From Octopus vulgaris (taxonomy: Eukaryota): a DNA stretch of 64,000 nt. Of this stretch, positions 28,605-41,450 are shown piece after piece; the stretch's first letter is position 1, and each line of letters opens with the position of its first letter. A program made the translations under genes and the position numbers. The stretch spans positions 142,414,001 through 142,478,000 of the forward strand of contig OX597814.1 in NCBI GenBank assembly GCA_951406725.2, in the 5' to 3' direction. Below the pieces are notes generated by a model, which saw only the letters and a program-made list of their open reading frames with translations, ran no database searches and was not told where the DNA came from.

Positions 28605-28648
28605 AATGATTTAACGTTTCGAGCAAAGCTCTTCTTCAGAAACAGAGG
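28605..28648 (-). ncRNA. Minimal hammerhead ribozyme motif (Penelope-type)
   Basis: Minus strand CUGAAGA-A-GAGC-UUU-GCUC-GAAA-CGUUA: both catalytic boxes, 4-bp stem II, palindromic stem III. Stem I is weak. Confidence 0.65.
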
Positions 28649-28748
28649 AAAGTAGAAAAGAAAAGGCAGACGGAGAGAAAAAATCGCCAACGATTCACTT
28701 GTGGTTACATTTTGAAAATCATATACATACATACACACACACATACAC

Positions 28749-28847
<99 letters not shown>

Positions 28848-29102
28848 CAATAATTATCACGATAGAGAAGATGGAGGCTGGTACAACCTCAAAATTTTTC
28901 TTTTTATTTTAAAATATCATAGAACATATTTTTATGGTTACGATGACCTACACATGTTTCCACCGCCCAAAATATGCGCAATTGCATATGCAGCCGGGTA
29001 TAATCTTCTGTGCAGCTTCTTTCAGAGCCTTTCATGACTCGAAGCGAACTAAATTCAGTTAGATGTTTACTGTTTAAGGTTCAGAAGAAAGTGAGGGAAG
29101 GT

Positions 29103-29153
<51 letters not shown>

Positions 29154-29176
29154 TTGTGTATGATATTTGAATTATC

Positions 29177-29408
29177 TGTTTCTTTACTACCCACAAGGGG
29201 CTAAACACAGAGTGAACAAACAAGGACAGACAAAGGGATTAAGTCGATTACATCGACCCCAGTGCGTAACTGGTACTTAATTTATCGACACCGAAAGGAT
29301 GAAAGACAAAGTCGACCTCGGCGGAATTTGAATTCAGAACGTAATGGCAGACGAAATACGGCTACGCATTTCGCCCGGCATGCTAACGTTTCTGCCAGCT
29401 CGCCGGAC
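29177..29408 (-). mobile_element. SINE family B with 12-bp TSD
   Basis: Flanked by ATTTGAATTATC at 29165-29176 and 29409-29420. Confidence 0.9.
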
Positions 29409-29899
29409 ATTTGAATTATCATATGTGTAAAAGAGGCGTCCGTGGAATGCGTTCCACTTGCTATGTGTCAGGGAATAATGTATCAATGAAAATCATTTGG
29501 ATGTTTTCTTTCCTTTTTAGAGGATTTGCTTAGTGGGTATATAGACTGATGAAGCATGAGGGATACAGAACATGACACAGCTTAAGAGCAGTGGTGAGAA
29601 ACAAAGTCACAACATTTCAGCCGATCACTGGAGTAGAGTGAAATCGCATAATTTGGCTACTGACATGGAAGAGTTCAATATCAGACCTATTTAAGGGCGC
29701 TGGATTAACTGAATTACTGGATCGTCAGATAAAAACCTCACGACATTTCAATATGTCTTTTTACGTTGTGAGTTCAAATTACACCTCGGTTGACTCCGCC
29801 TTTGTAGGATTAATTCAAGTATAAGGTCAAAAATAGGGTCGATAGAATTGATGATACCAGTGGCTCTTCCTACCATCAAAGTAGATCGGTTTATACCAC

Positions 29900-30062
29900 T
29901 TATTTTTACTTCAGTGCTTCATTGGTTCTTTATTTTACCGACTCCGAAAGAACGAACGACAAAGTTGACCCCGGCAGTATTTGAGCTAACAACCTAAAGA
30001 ACTAGAAGAACTGTCGGTAACCATTTTGCCCGATTCGCCAGCGATTCTGCCAGTTCACAGCC
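29900..30062 (-). mobile_element. SINE family B, degenerate
   Basis: CCGAAAGAACGAACGACAAAGTTGACC...GATTCTGCCAG. Confidence 0.6.
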
Positions 30063-30075
30063 TTTTCTACAATTT

Positions 30076-30135
<60 letters not shown>

Positions 30136-30379
30136 TGATGATAGTTGTTATTATAATGATAATAACGAGACACAGTAGAAAGACCATGATATGATTTGTA
30201 ATAAACAGAGATTGAATCTGTTCATTGAAATGAATAATATTTCGACAGTATATCTGTCTTCTTCGTGTTTGAAATGTAAAAAGGAAATATGCAGAAATAC
30301 AGAAATTCAAAATTTGAACTGAAATCTCCTAAGTTCCTTTTTAGACAAAATGACGTCATCAGTTTCCCCTTTTCATAAG

Positions 30380-30662
30380 CGGTACTAAGTAACACAATGA
30401 AGTTTAGACAAAAGTTTTATCACTAGTCGAGGGGATGCACCATGGGTACACCTATGGCAGTTAACTTTGCTAACGTCTTCATGATAAAATTTGAGACATA
30501 GTCAATGAAAACATTTATTTCCTCGCCTCCTTAGCGGACAAGTGCTAATACTCCGGTTAAAGTTCATTGCTGATGTCCTTTTTTGTTTGTAGTTCAGTTA
30601 AGTTTTTGAATTTCTGTGACTGTTTTGAAAATACTATGGCTTTAAGTCCAAAATAAATTTCT
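30380..30662 (+). pseudogene. Penelope-like reverse transcriptase relic, 5' part
   Basis: KFYH*SRGCTMGTPMAVNFANVFMIKFE and FIADVLF match the PLE RT motifs GxxMGxxxxxxxANxFM and YxDD-equivalent. Confidence 0.75.
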
Positions 30663-33066
30663 TGTTGTGGCGAGAGTCATTGACACCTCTGTGAGAATGG
30701 AAGAATGGATTAGCCGAACTCTTATAAAAGTAGCGTATTGATTGAAACTGAGAAAAGTCGCCGGAGTCGTTGAGAGTTCGTGGAAGCTGTAGGAAGTCTT
30801 TGAGATCTTTGAGAGTTTGCATTCATTGTATCATTGTGTTTAGTGGAGTAGTTTGAAATACGTTCTTTGAAGACAGTTGTGTCTATCCGCTTCGTGAAGT
30901 CTGTATACTTAACGTATAGAAGGACATAAAAGTGGCAACAAGGATATCCACTTATAAAAGTGACAACGAGTTTATTCGAAGCTTGCGACAGACGTTAACA
31001 TTTTCTTTTGATACAAAATCAAAGAAAAATTAATCAACATGGAAGACTTACTAGCCTCCTTTGGTGCAGTTGCAACAGCAACAGCAGCAACAACATTTAC
31101 AGCAGCAATTACAACAACAACAAGTACAATACCAACTGTTGCTGGAATTAATGTTAAAGTCTAAAAATACTTTAGGTTCGTTATCACCAGACGGCGGAGC
31201 AAACGCAATTGCAGAATTTTGTTATAATCCGGAAGAAGTATGACTTTTTCTGCATATTTCCGAAGATATGAAGAAATCTTCAAAGAGGAATGCCAAAATT
31301 GGATGGACAAGGAAAAGGTATGACTACTTTTAAGAAAATTATCCCCTGCCGAACATGAAAAATATTGTAACTGCATTCTGCCAAATCCATGTGAAATTTG
31401 TTTCAATGAAACAATTAAATTGTTATCGAAAATTTTCAGCGAGAGAAGTTCTCTGCTCAATACTCGTTAGGAGCGTTTGAATTTAGTTATATGAAGATGA
31501 TGAAGATTTCGTCACCTATGCCGGAATCGTCAATAGTGAGTGCGAAAAATTCAAACTAAAAGAACTAACCCCGGACATGTTCAAAAGTGTGATTTTTGTT
31601 CCAGGATTAACTGCAAGCAAAGATGCAGAGATACGTGTCCGGATATTGACAAAATTGGAACAGAACCATAATTTGACTCTGCAGGCAGTGACAGAGGATT
31701 GTTAGAGAATTATTAATCTTCGACATGACGCAAATAAAATCGATGAAAAGGATTATTCTCACATACATGCGTGTCCGCCTGTAACGGATAAGAAAAAAGA
31801 AATACGAAGATCAAGCCCCAATTCATACTGTGGGTGCGGAGGTCTACATTTTAGAGTGAAACAAAAAAGGTCGAACGAAAAACATTCTGGAAAGGTTTTC
31901 TCAACAGAAATTCTAGGCGAGGCTCACAAAAGAAAGTTTGTGTACATAAAAATCAATAATGTGAACGTGAAGTTACATCTAGATACAAACAGTGATATTA
32001 CAATTATTAACACTGACACATGGAGAAAAATAGGAAAACCTATATTAATGGAAACTTCAAAATTTGCGAAAGGTATCTTAGAAAAAAAAATGAAATGTTT
32101 GGGCGAAATGATAACTTAAGCTACATTTCGGAATTCGATATCTGGATGATATACTCATTAAAAGCGAATCCAGGGATCAACACGTCGAGCACGTAAAATA
32201 TGTATTTGAAAAAATTAAGGATTACGGCTTTACTTTAAGTGAAGAAAAGTGTGAAATATTTTTTTACCGGAAATAAGATATTTAGAACAAGTTATTGACA
32301 GAAATGGACGATGACCTGACGCGTCGAGGGCAGACGCAATTAAAAATATGCCTCCTCCAACTAATGTAGTGACCTTACAAGCATTTTTAGGGGTGGCAAA
32401 TTATAACCAAAACTATATCCCAAATATGCATAAGGTTAGGGCTCCACTGAATAATTTGCTGGAAAAAGATATGAAATAGAATTGGTCAGAAAATTGTCAA
32501 AAACGTTTGACAAAATTTTTTAAATATTTGATTTGTCATTAGCTCACTTCCATCCTGCAGCGGAGATTGTTGTAGCTCCAGACGCTTCTGAGTACGGTAT
32601 AGGAACAATAATGCTACATAAATATAATGATGGTAGCATGAAGGCGGTGGTACATGTCTCACATTCTCTGATATTAACTTCCAACGGAAGTCAATCTCAA
32701 AAAGAGGAGATGTTGTGGCGAGAGTAACTGACACTCCTGTGGAATTGGAAGAATGGACTCTTATAAAAAAACCGAACTCTTATAAAAAGTAGCGTATTGG
32801 TTGAGACCGAGAGAAGTCATAGGAGTCGTTGAGAGTTCGTGGAGGTCGTTGAGATCGTTGAGAGTTTGTATTTATCGTAGTATCGTGTTTAGTGGAGTAA
32901 TTTGAAGTACGTCGTTAGAAGACAGTTGTGTCTATCTCCGCTTTGTGAAACCTTTATATCCAACGTATAGAAGGATATAAAAGTGGCGACGAGGATATCC
33001 ACTTATAAAAGTGGTGACGAAAATATCCACTTATAAAAGTGTCGACGAGGATATCTGCTTATAAAA
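30663..33066 (+). mobile_element. Internally deleted Ty3/Gypsy (Mag-like) LTR retrotransposon
   Basis: Paired LTRs starting TGTTGTGGCG at 30663 and 32711; PPT AAAAGAGGAGA before the 3' LTR; gag (F.Y.PE..F..YFRRYE), protease LDTNSD, partial RT (LDDILI), RNase H start (DASEYGIG); most RT and all integrase missing. Confidence 0.92.
31039..32680 (+). pseudogene. Gypsy gag-protease-partial RT/RNase H pseudogene
   Basis: Frameshifts and stops across the ORF pieces 31061, 31856 and 32533. Confidence 0.88.
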
Positions 33067-33200
33067 CTTGTGAAGTTTTTCAAAAACTGGCATCGAATTT
33101 AAGACGAATTTAAGAGTTAAGCTTTCAGAATGAAAAATTATTTTACAAACCCACGTTATCCAGCATTTATCTCATACAAAAGCACCACAATTGAGCTGGT
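33067..33200 (+). pseudogene. Penelope-like RT relic, 3' continuation
   Basis: SFSKTGIEF...LFYKPT..IYL continues the PLE RT motif order (FT..E..FLD..LYxKPT) after the Gypsy. Confidence 0.6.
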
Positions 33201-33359
33201 CAAGTATCTTGAAACATCTAACGACTGGATGCTAAAGCTCATTGAAAACCACGAGAGACGTAAGAAGCCCATTCTGCCTTGAAAGAGAGCCAAAAATTTG
33301 CTTTTGAGTTCATGCATAATACTCAGATTGAATAGCATGATGGACGTGCGGCAACTGTT

Positions 33360-34422
33360 GTTGCAAAGGTGAAATCAAAGGCAAAGTAAAAAGCGTTTGA
33401 ACAATTGGCTGCTTGGTGGAAACAAAAGCTCTGCATGGCAAATATGTGACCCGTAGCAAATAAGCTGATGTAGACCATAAGCTCACTCATCAGTGGCTAC
33501 GGAACTCAGGGCTAAAGGCAGAGAGCGAAGGCTTTCTCTTAGCTGCTCATGATCAGAGCTTACTGACCCGGAACTACAAAGCCAATGTGATGAAAAATGA
33601 AGTAGATCCAAAGTGCCGATACTGCAATGATGAGATTGAAACAGTGGACCACCTAATACCTGGATGAAAGGTTTTAGCACCTGTAGAATACAAATCAAGA
33701 CATGACAGAGTTGGTCAATATCTACACTGAATAATGTGTCGGCGCTATAAAATCAAAACTGCTGGCAAATGGTACAAGCACCACCATGATGCTATAACTG
33801 AGGGAGAAAATGTAGCGATTCTTTGGGACTTTCCAGTACATACAGACCAGACCATCGAAGCTACTAAAACCATATAATGTTGTGAAAGACCAAAACAATA
33901 AAATCTGTTTATTGATTGACATGAGCATACCTGCATACCTTGTGATCATAATATCTCGGTAAAAGAATATATAACTATAAAGATTTGCTGATTGAAATCG
34001 AAAAAAAGGTGGTATCTCAAGACGGTTACAATACCAGTGATTGTAGGAGCATTTGGAATGATCAAAGAAGGAGCAGAAAATTATTTGAGGATGATCCCTG
34101 GCTTACCATCCATGCAAGAAGTGCAAAAGATTGTTTTAACTGATATGTCACACGTATTGAGACGAGCATTGTCGCTGTGAGTTTTCTTTCCTTTCCCACC
34201 CCCCTTATTTTCTTTGTTTTCTTCTATTTTCACTTGTTTCCCCTATTTAAAAAAAACCGTTTTGGTTCGTTCTTTCTTTCTTCCCCTTTTCTTCTATCAC
34301 ATGACTTTGTAAATGAACGATCTGAAGTGTTTATTTTAATAGCCTGCCAATGTATACAGTGAGTTTCTTTGCCCTAGGCGTCGGAAAGACACTCGGCAAG
34401 AAATGGAAACAAAAAAAGAGGA
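33360..34422 (+). mobile_element. R4/Dong-like LINE 3' fragment
   Basis: WKQKALHGKY, AAHDQSLLTRNY, CRYC..ETVDH, RHDRV, ILWDFPVHTD, PVIVGAFG; ends at (AAT)n. Confidence 0.9.
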
Positions 34423-34423
34423 T

Positions 34424-34463
<40 letters not shown>

Positions 34464-36059
34464 TTATCGATTTTAATTTGCCTTCTTTCATCATAATGAA
34501 TCTTCACAGCAACGTAGTTCGCCTGAATTTTATGACAAATAATAAACCAGCAAAATGGTAAGCACAACAGAACGTTATCATGTAATATACTCATACGTAC
34601 CAAAATCATTCATGTTATTGATTAATCTCTGAATCAATCCTGATCGAGCTAATCTATGATCAAAGGAGTTTTAGTTGTGGTCATCCTATCATCTTGTTTG
34701 TTTTGTGTGTGTTTGTGTGTGTGTGTGTATTTTCAGATATTGTCTATTTTAGACTGCATTGATCAACAGACGGCAGGATGCGATTTGAGGAAGATTTAGC
34801 TGCTAATTTTAGCAGGTCGAGATTTTTGTTTTAAGAAGTTATGCGTATTATTGGTTCATCTCTCTCGCCAGTTTTAACTTCGAAATATTAGTACTGAACA
34901 TTAGCAATGAACAACATCCATCCCATTATAATAAATGTCTTTCTTTATTTTTATATCTTCTTTCTAACTAACTATTCAACTAACAAAATCAATATTATCG
35001 TTGAATGTTTTAAAACCAGACAATCTTTTTTTTTTCAATTTCGCAATTATATTTGTACTAACGAGAAAGATTAAACATGGAGATAGTTTATCTCTGCTAA
35101 AAACCGCGTTCAATAATCTCTGAATGTAGTAAACATGTTAATTCAGTTTGAGGATCGAAGAGTTGAGTCGACCTTTGTTGATTAGTAAGTTTGTTAGTGT
35201 TTGGTTAAATAAATTTACATCTGTCTGTATGCTTGACTATAAGTCTGTCTGTATGTATGTTTGTATGCCTGCCTGCCTGTCTGTCTGTGTATCTGTCTGC
35301 CTGTCTGTCTGTTGTTGTTGTTTAGTTCCAATTCAGCCTCAATCTGTCGGATCAATTATCAAAGACGTTCGAACTACAATCATCATGACTTTTTTTCCAG
35401 GCATGGTATTTCTTGGACTACACTACTCTGTCTGTCTTCTATGTATTTAGGTCTTTAGAGTGTAATCGAAACAGATTTAGCTGCTAATTTTACCGAATCG
35501 AGCGACTGACTCAATGGGACGACAGCGCAGAAAGCTTTATATAAAATGTTCTCGTTATATTTTGATAGATTTTCCCTCTTTGATGGAAGCAAAAACCATT
35601 TTGTTAGATACATAATATGATCAGTGTAATGCAGTTGTTGTTGTTGTTATTGGTGGTGGTGGTGGTGGTGGTGGTGGTGATGATGATGCTGTTGTAGGTG
35701 GTGGTGGTCGAATCTATTTTTTTGTCTCGTCTCGATCGCTTACACATGGGTCGACACATTGTCTTCTATGCACGAAATCGAGAGAGAGAGTGGGGGAGGG
35801 AGGGAGGGAGGGAAACAGTGATATCATTTGTAATCATTCTAATACGACAAATTAAAGGAACTGGATTGCGACTGATCCTTGAACAAGTGAATAACGGTGT
35901 GGTTATTCATCCTCACAAAACTTCAACCTTCAGAGGAAATTTGAGGGCCAGTTTATGAATTTTGCAAATCATATTGATGGATACAGTGTACTGAATAGTT
36001 TCCTGATTTTTTCTTCTGTTTTTTTTTTGCGTGTGTTAAGAGGAATGCATAAAATATAT

Positions 36060-36452
36060 ATTTCTTTATTGCCCACAAAGGGTTAAACATAGAGGGGACA
36101 AACAAAGACAGACAAAGGGATTAAGTCGATTACATCGACCCCAGTGTGAAACTGGTACTTTATTTATCGACCCCGAAAGGATGAAAGGCAAAGTCAAAAT
36201 CGAACACAGGTGAAATACCTATTTCTTTACTACCCACAAGGGTCTAAACAGAGAGGGGACAAACAAGGACAGACAAACGGATTAAGTCAATTATATCGAC
36301 CCCAGTGCGTAACTGGTACTTATTTAATCGACCCCGAAAGGATCAAAGGCAAAGTCGACCTCGGCAGAATTTGAACTCAGAACGTAGCGGCAGACAACAT
36401 ACCAGTAAGCATTTTTTCCCGAGGTGCTAACGATTCTGCCAGCTCACCGCCT
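36060..36452 (-). mobile_element. SINE family B with duplicated 3' half
   Basis: Two tandem copies of the GGACAAACAAGGACAGACAAA...CGACCCCGAAAGGA block plus one head. Confidence 0.9.
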
Positions 36453-36844
36453 TAAGGAATGTGTAAAATGTAGCAGAGTCAACTCAAGAAGCGTGGTGTC
36501 TCTACCCCATGCACAAGACGAGTCATGAGCTTATTGTTACACAAAATAAATAGCAGCGTTTGAAGAACCCACTGATAGCTTGTGCGGCACTTAATGATGA
36601 TAAGCAGTTGAAACGTGGAATAAGTTGGTTTGCTGTGGAGATAAAAAATAGTTTGACATTTCTTGCAGTGTCCTCTGCTGGTGGTGGGGTCGATGTTTTC
36701 GATAATGCTGAATGAATAGATCGGTTGTAGTGAGAGATGGAAATAAAAGAGAAAACGTCGAAGATTGAAATGAGGAGAAAGGAAATAGTGAAGAATGGGG
36801 AAATAAGAGGTCACTATGTATTATTGGTATTATAGTATTTTTGT

Positions 36845-37180
36845 GAAGGCGCATGGCTCAGTGGTTAGAACGTCGAGCTTACGATCGTGAGGTTGTGAGC
36901 TCGAATCCCGGACCGGGCTGCGTGTTGTGTTCTCGAGCAAGGCACTTTATTTCACGTTGCTCCAGTTCACTCAGCTGTAGAAATGAGTTGCGACGTCACT
37001 GGTGCTAAGCTGTATCGACCTTTGTCTTTCCCTTGGATAACACTGGTGGCGTGGAGAGGGGAGGTTGGTATGCATGGGCGACTGCTGGCCTTCCATAAAC
37101 AACCTTGCCCGGACTTGTGTCTAGGAGGGTAACTTTCTAGGTGCAATCCCATGGTCATTCATGACCGAAGGGGGTCTTTT
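36845..37180 (+). mobile_element. SINE family C, near full length
   Basis: GGCGCATGGCTCAGTGGTTAG (A box), GCTCGAATCCC (B box), GAGCAAGGCACTTTATTTCACGTTGCTCCAG core. Confidence 0.9.
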
Positions 37181-37824
37181 AGTATTAGGTATAAAATTAT
37201 AAGTACTTTTATTCTAATAGCTTCTTTATAGGCCCCTTCCTTTCCTTCTCCGTTGTCCCTTGCGCTACGGAGGTTTCAAGCCTTGCCTGGGGCAAATTCA
37301 TATATAAAAAAAAAAACAACAATAGAAATAAAATAAAAATTGAGAAAAACGTTATGAATTCTGAAAAACGGAAAAGAGGGAAGTTAAAGTTCAGGAGAAG
37401 GTAAGACAACGAGGAAATGATTTGATTCTTAACAAGGACCCTAAAAAAATTGAGAACTGTAGGTAAGTGTATCTCGATCTGTGTTTCTCTATACTTTTAT
37501 TGTGTATTTCCTTTCTTTACCAATTCCCCCCACCCGGTTCCAAAACTTCACATAGGATAAGGAAATGTGTACATAACACGTTTTATTGCCTAACATTAAC
37601 ATCCTCTCATTAAACATTAGCGATCTTAAAATCAACATAAAGGAAAGTATATCTAGTAAAATAAACAGCACGAATAATGATAAAAAAAAGTATTTTTCAA
37701 CCTAAAATCAATTTCTACATTGGAATCAGCAAATTTAATTCCAGAAATCTAAAATTTCGCTCCAGGTCTAAAAATATCTCGTGGTTAAGAATTGCAGATC
37801 TAGATTGATTAGTGAAGATTTAAA

Positions 37825-38021
37825 CGGTTTCAAATTTTGGCAAATGGCCAGCAATATTAGGAGAGGGTTAAGTCGGTTACATCGACTCTACCGCTCGATT
37901 GGTACGTATTTTATTGACTCCAAAAATATCAAAGGTAAATTCGATCTCGGCGGAATTTGAACTCCGACTGTAAAGTCGGGAGAAATGCCAATAAGCATTT
38001 TGTCCGATGTACTCGCCGCCT
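37825..38021 (-). mobile_element. SINE family B, degenerate
   Basis: CTCGGCGGAATTTGAACTC; tail GGTTTCAAATTTTGGCA as in the 16190 copy. Confidence 0.75.
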
Positions 38022-38064
38022 CAGGGAATGATTAAATGACAATTACACTTCTCATCTAATAAAC

Positions 38065-38430
38065 AGACTGGGCTGTGTGGTAAGATGTTTGCTTCCCGAC
38101 CATATGGTTCTGAGTTCAGACCCTCTGCGTGGCAGCTTGGGCTAATGTCTTCTACTATAACCTCGAGCCGACCAAATACTTGTGAGCGGATTTGGTAGAC
38201 GAGAACTAAAAGAATACAGTTGTGTGTGGTGGGGGGGTGTCTGTGTTTGTCACCCATCACAACCGGTGTTGGTGTGTTTATGGCAACCGGTGTTGGTGTG
38301 TTTATGTCCCCGCAACTTAACGGTTCGGCAAAAGAGATAAGTATCAGGCTTTAAAGAAAAAAATCTTTCAAGGCAGTGCCCCAGCATGGCCACAGTCTAA
38401 TAACTGAAACAAGTAAATGATAAAAGCTAA
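38065..38430 (+). mobile_element. SINE family A
   Basis: Head GGCTGTGTGGTAAG; tail GGCAGTGCCCCAGCATGGCCACAGTC. Confidence 0.85.
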
Positions 38431-39604
38431 GTAAGCTGACGACTATCTATCACATCTTCTCCAGGTGTGATTCAAGCCACATAAAACAATCTCTTATAAA
38501 ATATATAAAATATCATTTCCAAATAACTAAACTCCCTACTGGAATAAATCTGAATAGACTATACACCGTTGAACAAAAACAAAAATTGATATTATTGATT
38601 CAAAGGAATATTGTGTGATGAAAAGTGATGAAAAGATTAGTACACAAAGATTATTTATAAACGAAGCCTTATCACAGAAACATCCTATTCGAGTTCAGCA
38701 GTGTTGCTGATAGACCATAGATGCAATACGATTTCTGCCTTTTGATGTTCCTATAAAGCAACAAACATACTTTTCACTGAACAGATATATAGTTTTATGA
38801 ATTTATCGTTTAGCTATCGACGCAGAACTGACTACGTGGTTCAGGATTTCATATCATAGGCGTGTATTTATAGGTTCGATCCATTGGGTGATAGCTTGGA
38901 TTAGTAGCTTTATTATTTATTTTTAACACAGAGCTCGCATAAAAAAATACACATAAATCGATCGTGCGTGTGTATATGTATATGCGTGTTTCTACATATA
39001 TATATATATATATATATATACACAATTATATGTGTTGTGTGTCAACATAATGTAATAAAGCGTTCCCTTGAAGAACAGTTGTGGATCTGCATTCAATTGA
39101 ACACCCAATGCAGAGGATACAAACAACCATAATCGCATAATGGTATAAACTGTATCTTGTGTTTATCACACTTTTTCACACACACGCACGCACATACATA
39201 CTCTCTCACACACACACACACACATATAGGTATAGATATAAATATACATAGATGTGGTGGGGGAGCAAAAATCCGGTGTTTCAGAACGAAGTTACTCGCG
39301 ATATTTTGTTCCGTATCTCATTGTTGTCACTCGCTTGTTATTCTCTTTAATTGCTACCGATTGCGATAAAAATAAATGTCGTTGGCATTATAATAAATTA
39401 TGATAAGCAGTATTATAATAAGCAATACAGCTTACTTCTAGGTTAGCTAGAAGTTATAAAAAAAATTTCTCTAACATACATCTCTGAATAATGATTATCA
39501 TTTAGTGTATATCTATATCTGTGTGTTTACATTCGTCCTTGCATCTATATATGCATCCATGAAAGATGAAGCTAGCAGCCATTGGGATTTATTGATCTTT
39601 CCAG

Positions 39605-39686
39605 TTCCCTATATACTTACACACACACACCAACACGCACTCACAATACACACATATGTGTGTGTATATAGGCATATGTTTGTGTG

Positions 39687-39746
<60 letters not shown>

Positions 39747-39798
39747 ATGTATATATGTGTATGTATGTATATTTGCGCATGTGTGTGGTGTGCACGTG

Positions 39799-39836
<38 letters not shown>

Positions 39837-39925
39837 ATAAAGGATCATATATATATATACGTACACACACACACCAACACGCACTCACACATACACACAT
39901 ATGTGTGTGTATATAGGCATATGTT

Positions 39926-39986
<61 letters not shown>

Positions 39987-40364
39987 ATATGTGTATGTGT
40001 GTATATTTGCGCATGTATATATATATATATATATTAGGACGAATGCTACTAGTATTTAGCCCGAGGAAACATGGTGTGTGAGTGTGTGTGCGTGCGTGAG
40101 TGCGTGTATGTGAATGTGCATGGATGTGAATGCGTATAATTCAAAGAAACACTGAAATCAGACTTGAGTCAATAGTTTTATTTATCATGAAATATTTTCA
40201 CATTAAATCGCTGTTTCTCGTAGAAAAACTGCATTATTATATATTTTCATCTTTTAAGGAGAAATAAAATTTTATCGTAAGTCTAGGAAAAGATAACCAT
40301 CAACAACAACAACAACAACAGATGCAACAACGTACCTAATATACATATACAAACGCACACAATC

Positions 40365-40402
<38 letters not shown>

Positions 40403-40450
40403 CATATGTATATATATATGTGTGTGTGTGTATAAGTACTGTGAGAATAT

Positions 40451-40492
<42 letters not shown>

Positions 40493-40706
40493 GTATATGT
40501 TTATATGAATATATATATGCATATATATATATATATATATATGTATTATATACATATGTGTGTGTGTGTATAATGTATAAATATAAGTATAAATATATAT
40601 ATATATGCATATATACATACATACATATATACATACATATATATATATATATATATAAATACATATATATATATATATATAAATACATATATATATATAT
40701 ATATAT

Positions 40707-40754
<48 letters not shown>

Positions 40755-40832
40755 TATATACATATGTGTGTGTATAATGTATAAATATAAGTATAAATAT
40801 ATATATATATGCATATATACATACATACATAT

Positions 40833-40863
<31 letters not shown>

Positions 40864-40888
40864 AATACATATATATATATATATATAA

Positions 40889-40968
<80 letters not shown>

Positions 40969-40970
40969 GC
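39605..40970. repeat. (TA)n/(CA)n microsatellite fields with higher-order duplications
   Basis: ~240-bp duplicated unit (39610/39850) and ~200-bp duplicated unit (40540/40750). Confidence 0.9.
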
Positions 40971-41450
40971 ATTGTGAAAATTTCTACGTCAAAAGATAAG
41001 ATATTGAATAACTATTGCCACGTAAACTGTTCTAGAATGTCGGCGGGAATTTTTTATTAAGCATCCAGTTTTTATTTGAACTTAAGCACAATATGTTACA
41101 GTATACGCAGCCGTTTTATTGTTTGTTATAAATTATGATTGATTACTTCAAGAGATGTGATATTTTCCTGTTCTTTGTGTTAGCTCTTCTATTCTATATA
41201 TTTTCCTCTCTTTGTATTAAAATTTTTATTTTTTTATTTTTCGCCGATAGAGAAAAAAACAGGTTTTTAAATTCCGTGCAAAAATACGACTTTTCATTAG
41301 AATTTAAACAACATCGATTACGTAATTGTATGAATGTATTTGCACGTGTATATATATATGCGTATGTATGTATGTATTATGTAATGGGGAATCAAAAGAT
41401 TCTGGAAATTGATTTTGTAGCACACTTCCACATGTATCAGGTAAACAAGG

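Noticed and set aside
32984-33066. 28-bp palindromic direct repeats resembling a CRISPR array
   Set aside because: Units are contiguous with no spacers, there are no cas genes, the context is eukaryotic, and the unit is a retroelement PBS.
36845-36920. tRNA gene-like sequences (A/B boxes) here and at other SINE heads
   Set aside because: They run into SINE bodies and lack a complete cloverleaf acceptor stem.
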